A DNA stretch of 64,000 nucleotides, from assembly GCF_009914755.1 (NCBI RefSeq), contig NC_060939.1. One strand, given 5' to 3'. The notes under the pieces were generated by a model. It was not told the origin of the DNA. It worked only from the letters and a program-made list of their open reading frames with translations, and ran no database searches. The number at the start of each line of letters is the position of its first letter. The stretch's first letter is position 1. Positions 44,373-59,467 of the stretch are shown here, in pieces. This DNA is from the human T2T-CHM13v2.0 reference genome, Homo sapiens. The translations under genes and the position numbers were made by a program.

Positions 44373-45793
44373 TAACCAAAACAGCATGGTACTGGTACCA
44401 AAACAGAGATATAGACCAATGGAACAGAACAGAGGCTCTGAAATAATACCACACATCTACAACTATCTGATCTTTGACAAACCTGAGAAAAACAAGCATT
44501 GGGGAGAGGATTCCTTATTTAATAAATGGCACTGGGAAAACTAGCTAGCCATATGTAGAAAGCTGAAACTGGATCACTTCCTTACACCTTATACAAAAAT
44601 TAACTCAAGATGGATTAAAGACTTAAATGTAAGACCTAAAACCATAAAAACCCTAGAAGAAAACCTAGGCAATACCATTCAGGACATAGGCATGGGCAAA
44701 GGCTTAACGACTAAAACACCAAAAGCAATGGCAACAAAACCCAAAATAGACAAATGGGATCTAATTAAACTAACGAGCTTCTGCACAGCAAAAGAAACTA
44801 TCATCAGAGTAAGCAGACAACCTACAGAATGAGAGAAAATTTTGGCAATCTATCCATCTGACAAAGGGCTAATATCCAGAATCTACAAAGAACTTAAACA
44901 AATTTACAAGAAAAAAACAAAAAACCCCATCAAAAAGTGGGCAAAAGATATGAACAGACAGTTCTCAAAAGAAGACATTTATGCAGCCAACAGACATATG
45001 AAAAAATGGTCATCACTGGTCCTCAGAGAAATGCAAATCAAAACCACAGTGAGATGCCATCTCACGCCAGTTAGAATGGCGATCATTAAAAAGTCAGGAA
45101 ACAACAGACCCTGGAGAGGATGTGGAGAAATAGGAACACTTTTACACTGTTGGTGGGAGTGTAAATTAATTCAACCATTGTGGAAGACAGTGTGGCAATT
45201 CCTCAAGGATCTAGAACTAGAAATACCATTTGACCCAGCAATCCCATTACTGGGTATATACCCAAAGGATTGTAAGTCATGCTACTTTAAAGACACATGC
45301 ACACATATGTTTATTGCGGCACTATTCACAATAGCAAAGACTTGGAACCAACCCAAATGTCCATCAATAATAGACTGGATAAAGAAAATATGGCACATAT
45401 ACACCATGGAATACTATGCAGCCATAAAAAAGGATGAGTTCATGTCCTTTTGCAGGGACATGGATGAAGCTGGAAACCATCATTCTCAGCAAACTATCAC
45501 GAGGACAGAAAACCAAACACCGCATGTTCTCACTCATAAGTGGGAGTTGAACAATGAGAACACATGGACACAGGCAGGGGAACATCACACACTGGGGCCT
45601 GTTGGGGAGTGGGGGGCTGGGGGAGGGATAGCTTTAGGAGAAATACCTAATGTAAATGACGAGTTGATGGGTGCAGCAAACCAACATGGCACATGTATAC
45701 CTATGTAACAAACCTGCACGTTGTGCACATGTACCCTAGAACTTAAAGCATAATAATATAAAAAGAAATTTCCCAGAAAGAAGAGAAAAAAAA
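44373..45793 (+). mobile_element. L1PA (PA6-like) 5'-truncated LINE, ~1.4 kb, ORF2 C-terminus and 3'UTR
   Basis: ORF 44842-45708 is L1 ORF2p C-terminal sequence (…[17 protein letters not shown]…); in-frame stop upstream and frameshift near the end. Confidence 0.95.
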
Positions 45794-48700
45794 ACTTTGT
45801 GGTTGAAAGTACATATTGCAGCATTACATCAATTTAATTTGTAAATGAGGTATAACAGGTACACTGCAAAAGATAAATAAGCATACAGTTCAGTGAATTC
45901 TTAAGTATATACACATGTAATCACCACTCAGATCAATACATAGATTCCCAGCACCAGAACAGGGCTCTCTTATCTTTAATGTCAATAGCACCAACACCCC
46001 CAGCCCCACCATCTCACTCCCAAGTAATCACTATTCTCATTTCCATCACCATAGATTAGTTTTGTCTGTTTCTGAATTTTGTATAAGTTGAGTAAAATAT
46101 AATTGTTATATGATTCTTTTTACTCTATATTATTTATGATTTATAAGATCAGTTATGTACAGTAGAAGTTTTTGTTTCTGTGTGGTATTCCATTGTATTA
46201 ATATACCATAATTTATTTACCTACTCTCTGATGTACATTTGGGTCATTTCCAGTTTTTCAATATTACATATTAAACTGCTGTGAAACAAACAAACAAAAA
46301 AGAAATTGGTTACTTTCAAGGCATGCAAAAGGAATGGGTTAGGGGAGATAGGTCAGGGAATTACACTTCTGTGAGTATACATACCTTATTAGTTTTCACT
46401 TTTGGAAGGATATTAATGTTCTACATATTAAAAAATAAAACTAAGGCAAGATGGAGTGAGAACTATAACAATACAAACAAATGAACCAGTGAACGCAATG
46501 TTCTCTCAAATGAGTAATAAAACCACAATGAAGGGGGAGAAAGAACTAATCCAACCAATTTGTGAACACAGGATCTTGACTAGCCTCAGTCTATGGAGAA
46601 AAGAACTACAAACAAATCTTTTACTCTGGTTAGTAGATGAGCTTTCCATAGTGGCATGGCTTTAGCAATTCAGAAATTATTTAATATGTATTGCAGGACT
46701 GGGCAAATGAATGCAATGATGTTGTTGGGAACTAAGGTTTTCACTAGAAAGGAGGGAGACAAAAATGTTCATCAGACAGGCTGTCTTATAAGAACAAACA
46801 ACAAAAAGAAAATGTTCCAAAAAAGTGATAGGGACATGTCAAAAGGAAACAAAAACCAGCTTGAAAGACCCAAATCCGGGAAAGTTGAGCATCCAAATAA
46901 ATAAGGACAATAATGATTATAACTCACTGACTAAAAATAGGAATTCATAAGTCTATACAGAGAATAATTTAGCAATAAAAGGGAGCGATGTATTGATGCA
47001 TGCCACAAAATGGATGAAATCGAAAACATCATGCCAAGTACAAGAAGCCAGATCACACATTGTTTGATTCCACTGATATAAGATATTCAGAATACGCAAA
47101 TCTGTAGAGAGAGAAAGTAGACTAGTGTTTCCCTAGGGCTGGGGGAAATGGGGGATGACTGCTAGCAGGTATGGGGTTTCTTTCTGGGGTGCTGAAATGT
47201 CCTAAAATTGATTGTGGTGATGGCTATACAACTCTGACTATACTAAAAACCACTGAGTTGCACATTTTGAAAGGGGGAGTTGTATGGTGTGTGAAATATA
47301 TTAATAAAACTGTAAACAAATGGCGGTAAAGACTTCCTTATAACAGAATGTCATTTGATCAATGTAGAGGCAGCGGTGATATAATTGGAAAGTTACCATT
47401 TTACAACCATCATGGTAAACATTGGTTTGAACCAAGAATGGATGCTAAATCTAGGGGGAAATGTTTGATGCGGAGCAGGGTATTTACACGGTCTCATTGT
47501 CTTTCCGCAAATTGTTTATTGATTGCAAAGGAACAAGTAGTAAATACACAGTGGAAAAAATAGGCAGCAAATAGATAATTAAAATTAACACCACTCAATA
47601 GAGACAGATATCACACGTCTCCAGAAATGATATTCTGAGAAGGGCACAAAATCACCTATGAAAAAATCCAGCTGGGGATGCACAGCAGATAAACCCGTCA
47701 AGAACATAAAATGATCGGCCTACATTCTTCAAAAATGTCATTGCCATAAAAGACAAAGACAGACTGAGGAATTATTCCAGATTAAAGGAAGTGAAAGAGG
47801 CATGATTCAATCCTATGTTGGTGGGAGAAAAGTATTACTGTTCGGACAAGTGAAATTGAAATATAGACAGTAGGTTAGATAAAAATAATAGATCAATATT
47901 AAATTTCTGAAATTTACTATTTTGTGGTTACATGAAAGAATATCCTTGGTCTTAGAAAATATACACTGAAGGAACATGATATTTGCCACATACTCCCGAA
48001 TGATTCAGAAAAAAAGTCAAATCGTGGAAAAGGGGAGAGAAGGAAGAAGAGAGAGGGAGAGAGTATGATAAAGCAAAAGTTTAATAAAAGTATGTTTGTA
48101 AGAATGAGAAATGCTCAAAGATACAAAATGGTATTGTTAAATTCATTTGCCTTTCCTACGTGAGCCCCTGAATGCCATTTTGCTTTGGATAGCCAGGAAA
48201 ATCCCAGTCTCAAATCCACACCATTCCTGTCATAGAAACCTTATTACCAGAGGCTGAAACCTCAGGAGGCTTGGGGATGGTTTTCCGGGACTTCAGGAAA
48301 GGAGAGTAAAGTTACCCGGGGAAAACTGCACTGAATATTAAATTAGAACTGTAGTAAATAGGACAAAATGAAAAATGAACAAAATGAAGGGAAGGAGGTT
48401 GGGCAAGGCTGGGTTCAACCACACTTTCAGCATCTTGGGAGACTGATTCCACAACCAGACAGCTTACTCCTTCCAGAGCCACTCTCCTCTCTCACAGCAG
48501 AAAACGGAGGCAGAAGAGGAGAGGGACTTTCCTTCAGGTTCCAAAAGCACTTTTGGATCTAGCCCCAGTGTCAAGGCTGCTTCTGGATTCCCACTCCCAA
48601 CCCTAGGATTCCTAGGGCACCTAAATGCTTGATGGGATCATCGTGATTAAACTGCAGGACACAAACTCTCCTGCTTGTGTGATTTATGAAGATGCATTTG

Positions 48701-49974
48701 CTTATCAGACTGACTTTATAATGGAGTTCAAGGTGTGGGGGGTGGTTTTTGAATCAAGGTATGATTACTGAATTAAGGCACTCTCTATTGCCTTGTTTTT
48801 CAATCTGAAAAGTGAGAATAGCTGCATTTGTAAAATCTACCTTGCAAAACTGTTGGGACTGAAGAAATAGTTTCTGCTAAACCACACTGGGAAAATAAAT
48901 AACCCAGCATCCCTTTAAAATTGGGTACTTTTTTTTTTTCTGTTCCAGTTGGTCAAAAACAAATTCTCCTCAGAGCTTCTTACCAAAACGCTTAAGTCAC
49001 TCATAATATTATCCAGTTGTTTACAGATAGCTAATTGTTTTACTAACATATTGTGGAGGCTACCTCCCTTCCTCCCTGGTAGGATAAGGTTTATTGCTAG
49101 TTGCTTTACTAGCACACTGTGGGAATCATCTCTCTTCCTCACTGGTAGGATGAAGTTTCTGACTTAACCGGAAATCACAAACCCAAATGCCTCCAGAGCC
49201 CAGTCAGGTAACACAATTCAGAGAAGCTGGCTGATGTAGAGGTGAATGATGAAGGGGTGGTAAGGACTGGACCCATGGAGAGTATGGGAGAGTACTCCCT
49301 GTCTGCAAGTCTTCGTGTTAAAAAACAGAAAAAAGAAAGAAAACAAAAAAGAAAGATGAACCTAGGCAGACCAAACAAAGCACATCCAGGCAAGTGGGTC
49401 AGTTTTGCCCCCTCTTTATTAGAAGATGGGTACATTCCTTTTCACCTCCCAAAACCCACGATTGATCATTTTGAAGTTTTACATTTGTCGTGGAAACTGG
49501 CCCAGAGCCTCTTTCCTAATGTTTATTAACCTGCATGTCACCTATCATTGCAAAATCATTGGCTTTTGCTGTCACCTATCATTGCAAAATCATTGGCTTT
49601 AATGTAGTAGAGTGCTTACTGCTGAATGAGAAGTTTACATAAATGTTTCTCATATCTGCTGAACTTTACCCCAAAGCTCTAATTCTACCATCTCTCTTAA
49701 AGGACCACACTACTGGTTTAAAAACTACAAGGTGCAGAGTATTTTTCACACTGACCTTTTAACGTAAAATGCATACAAGTCCCTTTCACTTGTATGTTCC
49801 CAAGACTGCACGCAGCTTCCACTTCATGCCCCTTGAATACTCCAGATCGCTCTCCCACCCCCTGCACTTGCTAGCCCCTTTGCCCTCCTCACTCGTCACC
49901 ACACATCACTTCCCATCTCTTATCTCCTTAGTGCCATCACCCCTTCCCACTCCCCCTTTTCTCTGGACACATAC

Positions 49975-50115
49975 CTATTGGGTTGTGTCCGCACCAGCCA
50001 GGAGCATTCCCTGACACAGAAGAGGGAGATGATCTGAAAGTCTACAGGCAGCGGCAGCAGCAGTAGACTCTGTTCGCTGTGCCTACTGTAAATAGAGCAA
50101 GGTAGAGGGCGGAGT
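49975..50115 (-). promoter_or_regulatory. Candidate distal promoter and alternative non-coding first exon of ATOSA
   Basis: GC box GAGGGCGGAG (50105-50114), TATA-/forkhead-like TATTTACA on minus (50087-50094), then donor TAG|gtatgt at 49975/49974 in non-repeat sequence. Confidence 0.5.
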
Positions 50116-50659
50116 CTGGGGGAGGGAGGAGCCCTGAGGCAAGCTAATTAGAGAGACTTGCCCATCAGGGAGCCCAGGCTTGTTGAAGGAGGCAGGCCTT
50201 AGACTGTTGGAGCCTGGCTAACTCAAAGTCATCTTGCTGTTAAGGCCTAGTTCCCAATACTGCAGGCTGATTCCTCTCAGTATGCTTTTTTATGGTTATA
50301 ATTATGTTGAACCTAATACCCTGACATTTGTGTTGATGAGTTGATCTCTGACCTGCAAGAACTCAGAACCACAAATGTCTAGAGCAAGTGAGATGCTGAC
50401 CAGTCCCTGCTGGGCTGTATTGCTGGCAGCTGATCCCAAAGGAAGGCAGAGGAAGGTCAGGTGTCCCAAAGTTTTAAGGCCTGGTGGGTGGGTGTGAGAG
50501 TTAGCACCTGGAAGAAGGCAGCTGTAAGCAGTCAAGTTTCTGTTCCTGTTGTTTGTGTATTTATGTGATTTTAGGTCCCTGAAACATAGGCTGGGGCCTA
50601 CCAGCTCCTTGGACTCTTACTACAGTCTGCTGCTGTGCACCTCCTGGAATCCAGTCTCT

Positions 50660-51300
50660 TTCCTCGCTACAAGGCCCTCCCTGCTCTGTCTCTGCCAACC
50701 TCTCAGCTTCCTCCCCTACCATGTGACCCTCTTTCATTATGCTCCTGGCACACTGTCTTCTTGATGTGTCATATAGCTTAAATAAGCCAAATGAGATCTG
50801 CCTCAGGGCCTTTGCACTGGCTATTCCTGCTACTGGAACATTTGTCTCACTTCCCTCCCTGCTTCTTTACTTAAATATCTGGCTCCTTCTCATTCAGCTC
50901 ACAGGGTCACAGTCCTTCTAAGGTTTCCCCTGACTCTCCCCTCTATCACAGTACACAGTTTGGTTTTCTTCATAGCTATTAACACTACCTGAAATTATTG
51001 AGTGTTTTTATTTACTTGGTCTCCATTACCCTCTCTCCACTAAATTGTAAGTGCCATGAGTTGGGTCTGTATTGCTCATGACATTATCCACACTTCTAGA
51101 ATCAGTACCTGAAACATAGTAGGTGTTTCCTGTGTGTGTAGTGACTAAATGAATGGACACCATTCATTCACTGACTAAATGTTATTGCATACTTGGTGTG
51201 TGCCAGGCACTGACTGAGTCCTGGAGATACAACAAGACAAGCAAGAGCTCCCCCAAGGAGGCTTCTCATCTAAAGGGAAGAGGACCATTACATTAATAAT
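50660..51300. mobile_element. L2 fragments, tail to tail
   Basis: ctcagggcctttgcactggctattcc...acatagtaggtg...aatgaatg then cattcattca...tgtgccaggcactg. Confidence 0.7.
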
Positions 51301-52109
51301 CAATTGAAATTATGTTTTAAAAGAAATAAACAAAGAAGAAACCACATGTTTGTTCACAGATTGAAATGAATGCATATACCAGAAGTGTTAGTAGGGAGTG
51401 AGCACCCAGTCATAGAGCCTAGAATTCTTAGGAATCTGAGCCACGCCTATGAATTGATGAAGGGATTTTATTCCTGGAAACATGATGGGATCCCATGAAG
51501 CAAAGTCCCCATTCATAGCTCTCAGACTCACTTTCTGCAGAGGGGTATAATCAAGACTGCCCTGTAGCACCAGCATATTTATCAGGCCCATTGTGTTTCA
51601 CTGGAGAATAACCTTTGAATCCTCTTTTCAACGTTCAAAGAATACAAATTCTAGGGATGTCCTAGGGCTCTCAGAGTTTTTTGGAGCTTGTAAAAGAGAT
51701 CTGCCATGAGGCTAGGCATGTAATAGGCCAATGGGGCTTCTTTTAATGATTCAGAGGAGAATTGAGACCAGGTCATTTCCCTCTGGGAGAATTCACTTCA
51801 ATAATCTTGTTGGAATCCTCCAGTTTCCTCCAGGACCCCAAATCTCTACTTGACTCATTTTTATTACCTGCCTGGCCCCTGAAGGCATTTGATTTTGTGG
51901 ACCTTGCTTTTAGACATTGTTTTTGACATCCTGAGAGTTTTAGGATTCTGAAATACCTGGAAATTTTTCGCTAAAATAATGAAGTATTATTCAGGTCCTG
52001 TATCTCCTGGAAAAATTCAGATGTTAAAATGCTGGTAACTAGGGTACCAACCCAGAAAACTTTAATACACAGAGGTCTAAGATTCTAGTATTATCACTCT
52101 CAAATCCTA

Positions 52110-53070
52110 AAGATTCATAAAATAAAACTTTTGGGGAACATTCTTTTGAATTTCCTCAACAGGAGCAATTTTTTTTTTTTTTTAAAGACAGGTCTCACTC
52201 TGTCACCTAGGCTAGAGTACAGTGGTGCGAACTCAGCTCACTGCAACCAAAAGGGCAAATTTTACCCTTTGCTGGTTGTTTAGTTATTATTGCTGCCTAA
52301 CAAACCACTCCAAAACTTAAGGGCATAAAATAATCATTTTACTCTGTTCAAAGGTTCTGTGGGTTAGGAATTCTGACAGGTTAGAGAGGGTACAGCTTGA
52401 GTCTGCTCTGTGATGTCTGGGTCCTCAACTGGGAAGAAGGCAGGGGTGACTCAGTGGCTGAAGGTTAGAATCAGATGGAGACATCCTCACTCAGATGTCT
52501 GGTAGTTTATGTGGACTACTGGCCTAGGCACACCTTCACATGGTGTCTCAGTGTGGGAGATGCACAGGCTAGTTTGGGCTTCCTTATAGCATGATATCTG
52601 GGTTCCAAGAGCAAGTATTTCAAGACAGCAAGGCAGAAGTGCGTGGCATTTTTATGATCTGGCTCAAGTTCTCATGGTAAGAAGAGAATGTGGGATGGAA
52701 TTATTTAAGGCACTTGGAAAATACAATTTGCCACAGTAATAGATTTGACTTTCAAAAATAGCTAAAAGTCATTAGGAGTTAAGCTTGATGAATAATGTGA
52801 GTGAAGCTGTTTTGATTAAAAATTGAGGAGTATGACCATTAAATAATAAGAGCATTTTCTTCTGTGGATCACATTCAGTCCAGAATGTATTTTTGAAAGA
52901 GCACTTCTAGAACTTTTCAAACAACCTGCATCATTCTACCAATCACCATGGTTGATTTGAGAGGGCGTTGTATAACGTATATCATCTTCCAGGGAAGAAT
53001 TTGAAGAAGAACTTCCATGTAGACAGGTACCTTCTTGAATTTTTATTGAAGACGAACAAATAACCTCATC
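52110..53070. mobile_element. MARNA/mariner-like relic interrupted by an Alu 3' fragment (52148-52228) and an MLT1 LTR (~52270-52735)
   Basis: aaaagtcattaggagt...gaataa; MLT1 end tattgctgcctaacaaaccactccaaaactta. Confidence 0.5.
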
Positions 53071-53177
53071 ATCCTTATATCACATTTAGTACACACAGCC
53101 ATCTTCACAAGCTACACTTTTCTTTTGGGATAAACTCTGAGATACTAGCAACGATCAGTGGAGCTAAAATGCTTTAT

Positions 53178-53393
53178 AATGGTGTTTCCTAAAACTGTGT
53201 TCTGAGAAGCACTAGTTCCTGGAGATGGGACATTATCCTCCCAGAAATTAATAATTATCAATTCATATGAATATTAAAGGATCTCCACAAAAGAAACTTG
53301 TTTGACATTGTTAACCTAGTGACCAAAAAACTCCTTTTTCAAGGAGATCCTATTAATATCTCTTGGAACTAGTATACTGTGGAAAATACTGCC
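53178..53393. mobile_element. MER103-like hAT-Charlie element
   Basis: gtgtttcctaaaactgtgttc...cactagttcc ... ggaaaatactg termini. Confidence 0.5.
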
Positions 53394-54335
53394 CTGTGGT
53401 CTTGTCCTTAAAACATGTTTGGAAATAGCAATGAAAACAACAACAAAACACCATTGGGTCGCCATTTTGTCCCCAGCATTCATTTTTAACTTCTGATTAA
53501 ACTGGTGCCAGTTAATCTGATTAACTTGGGATGGAGGACACCTGGGGCCATTTGATAAAAGCTCATTAATATAACATGACTGTGTTGCCTGGGTTTCAAG
53601 GCTGCTTTCACAAATGTGAAAATCAATCTGGGGTATAGACTGTAAAAGAACCACAGAGCTGAAGGAAACCTTAGAGATTATCTACTTTAACTCCTTTATC
53701 TTAAAGATGGAAACTGAGGCTTAATCTCTGTTGGACGAGTTCCCCAAGAAGCACTGGTCAACGCCAAATCAGAACTGGAAGCCACATGTACTTTCCTAAG
53801 GTAGCTTTTCCAAATATTAAGAAGTGCATTTGTATATCTTAGAATAAGTCTGGATCCTGTGTCCCTTAGGAACAAGAATTTGGAATCAGGCCTTATGAGA
53901 CTCTTTTCCATTTATTAGCTGTGTATTTTTAGGCAACTTACTAACCCACTCACCTCCTCCAAGCCTCTGCTTTCTCATATATAAAATGAGAGTGATATTG
54001 TACCCTCGCTGCTTTATGGCATAGTTGTGAGGGTCAAATGAGGTAATGTTTTTGGAAGCACTTTGAAGGAACTTTGTGTGGAGCATTATGCAAATATAGG
54101 CAATTGATTGCTCTCCGCTAATATGCAGCCCTCTCAGCCCATAGAATCGTGACTCTGGGCTCCTTAGTAATTTGATTGGCTTGAGATGTTGATGGACTCC
54201 CCAGTGTAATTAGTCATTTAAACCAGCCACTGTCTTTTTTACCTCTCCTTTTTACCTGTTTTATCAAAATGAATCATTGAGGACAAAACCTCAAAGCACA
54301 TTTCCAAAGATTTTTAAAGATAAAACCTAAGATAC

Positions 54336-54688
54336 AGCTGGGTGTGGTGGCTCACACCTGTAATCCCATCACTTTGGGAGGCCGAGGTGGGCGGATCACG
54401 AGGTCAGGAGATCAAGACCATCCTGGCTAACACGGTGAAACCCCGTCTCTACTAAAAAAAAAAAAAAAAAAAAATACAAAAAATTAGCTGAATGTGGTGG
54501 TGGGTGCCTGTAGTCCCAGCTACTCAGGAGGCTGAGGCAGGAGAATGGCATGAACCCAGGAAGTGGAGCTTGCAGTGAGCCGAGATCACACCACTGTACT
54601 CCAGCCTGGGCAACAGAGCAAGACTCCGTCTCAAAAAAAAAACAAAAAACAAAAAACAAAACGAACCCAAAAACAAAACAAAAAAAAA
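54336..54688 (+). mobile_element. AluY-like
   Basis: Dimer with long patterned A tail; TSD aaaacctaagata. Confidence 0.95.
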
Positions 54689-54907
54689 CCTAAGATATGA
54701 TGACAGATGCCCTCTCATTGCACTTAGGAGTTGGAAAATCTAATGTTTGTCTTAAAAAATTCTGGGTATTGGGAGACCTATTAGGCAGGCTGATGACTAT
54801 GATATATAGGGCTCAGGGCAAGAATACTGAGGCTCACACACCCTATGTCTACATATTTAAAAGTTGTAAATAGGGCTTACCAAGTGTTAAAAAATATATG
54901 TTCTATT

Positions 54908-55215
<308 letters not shown>

Positions 55216-56178
55216 TAAGCATTTCTAAGCAAAAGTGTTCTTATATTTCATACATTGGGAGTGGTTGCCAGCTATCAGGGACTACAGGTGCATGCAGAGC
55301 CCAGCTTTCTGCGTTTGAATGAAAAATTCTTAGACTCCTACACAAAATGTAGCATCACAGAGAGAGCTGACCCTGGCTCCAAGACCCTGGCACCGTGCCC
55401 ATAGCCCACTTCCTCTTCTTCCCTGGACACCATGTAGCACCATGAAGGCCTCTCTCGTATGTGGGAGGTGAACTCCTACATCCAAACTGCATAACCACAT
55501 CCCCTTCAAACAGCCACCCCAGGCTACCCTTTAGACCTAAGGACTTGCAACATTCATTGCCAGAAGGCTGGACCCCAGGAAAGAGCCTGCATAGCCTCTG
55601 GAAGCAGGCTCAGGACTGTTTGGACAAGGAATTACAGAGTCCAAACAATGATGTTCCAGTCATGGTCCAGAAATGGGTGCTTAGACTAGAAGTGGCATGT
55701 CCCTTAGCTCTGCAGTATCCTTGCTTTGCCAAGAGAGGCAATGCCAGAGGATGGCCAGGACAGGGGCTCCTCTTGCCTGGGTCTAAGAAGGGGACGGCCT
55801 CCTGCAAAAGTCCCAGTGAATGGTGACAGGGCTGTGACGAAAGAAGGAAAAGGGGTCAGCAATAGGGAAGGTCACATAGGGACTTCATGGTACTTAGAAA
55901 CTACCAAGCCATGGGAGAACAAAAAAGGAAGGAGGTAACAGAAGACACCAAACTTTCAATCCTGGGTTGTCGGTGGGGCTGGGGGAAATCCTCTAACAGG
56001 AAAATCTTCTAAGGTTTCTGTTAGCATTACGATATTTCCCTGACTGAGCAACACTCTTTTCCAAATAGTTTTAAACAGAATTGTTACCCATTCATGTGTT
56101 TTCACAATAGTGCATATGTTTAAGCATTTTCTTCATGCATGAAATATAAGTACATTTTTGCTTAGAAATGCTTATTCA

Positions 56179-56320
56179 GGCCAGGTGTCATGGCTCACAC
56201 CTGTAATCCCAGCTTTTTAGGAGGCTGAGGCCAGAGGATATTTTGAGGCCAGGAGTTCGAGACCAGCCTGAGCAACATAATGAGACTCCATTTCTAAAAT
56301 AAATAAATAAAAATAAAAGA
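56179..56320 (+). mobile_element. FLAM_C-like Alu monomer
   Basis: Left monomer plus A tail; TSD gaaatg(c/t)ttatt(c/t)a. Confidence 0.9.
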
Positions 56321-56495
56321 GAAGGAAATGTTTATTTACAGCAATATCATACAGCAACATACTTTAGGAAAATGTGTGATTTCTATTTAAATATGTTGTC
56401 ACCTTAAGCCATACAAATGAACTTGATTCTGTAGCCTTTATGGCTAAGAATTCAGTCAGCTGCAAAATAGGGCTATTGAAACTGCTTCATCACTA

Positions 56496-56818
<323 letters not shown>

Positions 56819-57513
56819 TAAAGTCCACTTTTAGAGTATAACGGGGTGAGATTTTACTAAGCCTGAGCCCTCAAAAGTATAAGATATGGCTTTTTTTTTA
56901 TTACAGGCTAATCCAGCTGGATCATAGGAAAGAAATATGTAGATGGACTATAATTATTGTGGTTGGAACATAGCCGTGACAGCTAGCCAACAATCCAGTC
57001 AGAAAAACATGGTTTTGTTGTTTGTTTGTTTCATTGCTTTTGTGAGACATCAGTTTGTGCCAGATAACTCTGAGAATGTAATTGAAATCTAGAGTTATTG
57101 TTCTAAACTCACTTATGAGAAATAAAAACATGTCTTTCTTTTAAAGTAATCCATTAAATGCTTACTTGAAAGATAAAAACATTTATTTAGTCTTATGAAA
57201 GTTTCCATTAATAAATAATAAATTGCAGAATTCCCAAGATGGTTTTTCCTTAGTAGAGATTTTTAAAATGTTTCACTCTTTCTCTTAATATTGATAACTA
57301 CGCCAGGTAAACCACACAGAATTAAGTGCATCTTGGGTTAAAGGCCCTTAGAGCATTCCAGATGTCTCAGGTATCCACAATGTATCCCAAATCAGAGTCC
57401 AAGAGACATTGAAAAGGACTGAAGCAGGGTATAACCATGGGTGACAAGATCTTCATCTCCAACTTTATGTGCTTTGCAGTTCACAGAATGCATTTGGTAA
57501 ACCCGAGGTCTCA

Positions 57514-57856
<343 letters not shown>

Positions 57857-59143
57857 CGTATTAGAGTAGATTCTTCCTCTTTCTTCAGAGGACATGGAGA
57901 AGCAAGGGAGTAGAATTCCTTGCTAAGTCATTCCCCTCAATCTTTGTTGACATCTTAGGAACACCAGGCAATCATATGCTTCCTCTTTTCTGGTTCTGAA
58001 TCAGTTGAAAAATAGGCATACAAATGTAATGGAAATCAAAATGCGTCTTTACTCATGGTAAAGCTGGACCAGGGAACACAGCTACCACCGTGGCCTGGAT
58101 AGGGGTTACTACCAACCGAGTTTGGTCCATCATTTCTACCTATGCATAGAGAGAGTTCTCTTCAGAGCACACTTGACCTGCCTATGCTGGGAAGGGAGTC
58201 TCTGCTCTCATTCCCTGTTAAACACAGAGAAGAGAGCCGCGGGACATCAGCCTCCAGAAGGTAGGCCCTGAGCCCTCATCCTGCTCTGCTGGATGCAAGG
58301 GAACAAAATTAGAGAGGACTGCATGCGGGCAGGTCTCAGCTAGGGAGAGAGAGCAGGCAGCTTGACCTTTACTCGCATCTGACTGACTGTATCGGTCACT
58401 CCCCCAACTCCCTACAGGGCAGAACTGGAAGCTGCCTTCTTGCTTCTCTGAGAGGACAAAGTGTGGACAAAAGGCACTATTTTAGGGCCTAATGATGTAA
58501 CACAAGAAGAAAGGGAGAAATATTCCCTCGGCTGTCATGTGGCTCAGTGTTATCCTCTCAGAACATTCCAGAATAGGTGGGTTCTGGAAGTTAGATTTCA
58601 AAATGAGCTCAAGTTGTAGTCAGGGTAGCTCTGGCTGATATCCACTCCCTGCAGCTCACTGGTGGATGAGCTGGGGGAGGCAGATGTAAAATGTGGTTTG
58701 AGCACTTGCGACTGGAAATCTTGAAATCAATCCCGGAAAGGAGCCAGGGATTCCCTCCTGAGAACCGCACAGGACATATGTGGAGAAAGGAAAGTAACTT
58801 ATATTTATTTTTATTTGAAACTGTCCTTGAGAACAAAAGGTGTCTCCCTCCTGAGGCTGTCAGTCAGGAGGAGAAAAGCCTTGGTGAGGAGTGGGCGTAT
58901 CTGGCTATGTGTTTGAGGGCAAGGTTGAGTTTTAATGGTGTCCTCATTCTGCTCTTCATTTAAGCAAAACCCTCCCTTATCTTCAAGATGACCTTTGCTT
59001 CCACCTAAACTCGTCAAAACAGGCATTCCTTCATTCCTTCAAGTGTGGCTCATAGGTAGATGGTAGAAGAAAAATAAATTAATTGAAATAATTAACAATG
59101 AATTGTGAGTCTTAGATCTCTTTAGCTACCTCAGATACATTTC

Positions 59144-59467
59144 TGTTTTGTTTTGTTTGTTTGTTTGTTTGTTTGTTTTTTTTTGTGAGATGGAGTCTTG
59201 CTCTGTCACCCAGGCTGGGGTGCAATGGCACAATCTTGGCTCACTGCAAGCTCTGTGCCTGGGTTCATGCCATTCTCCTGCCTCGGCCTCCCAAGTAGCT
59301 GGGACTACAGCCACCCGCCACCATGCCTGGCTAATTTTTTGTATTTTTAGAAGAGACACAGTTTCACCGTGTTAGCCAAGATGGTCTGGATCTCCTGACC
59401 TCGTGATCCGCCTGCCTCGGCCTCCCAAAGTGCTGGGATTATAGGCGTGAGCCACTGCGCCCTGCCA
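59144..59467 (-). mobile_element. AluY/Sc
   Basis: Dimer with (TTTG)n tail; TSD agat(a/g)cattt. Confidence 0.93.

Noticed and set aside
44842-45708. 288-aa ORF
   Set aside because: C-terminal remnant of L1 ORF2p in a truncated, frameshifted element; not a host gene.
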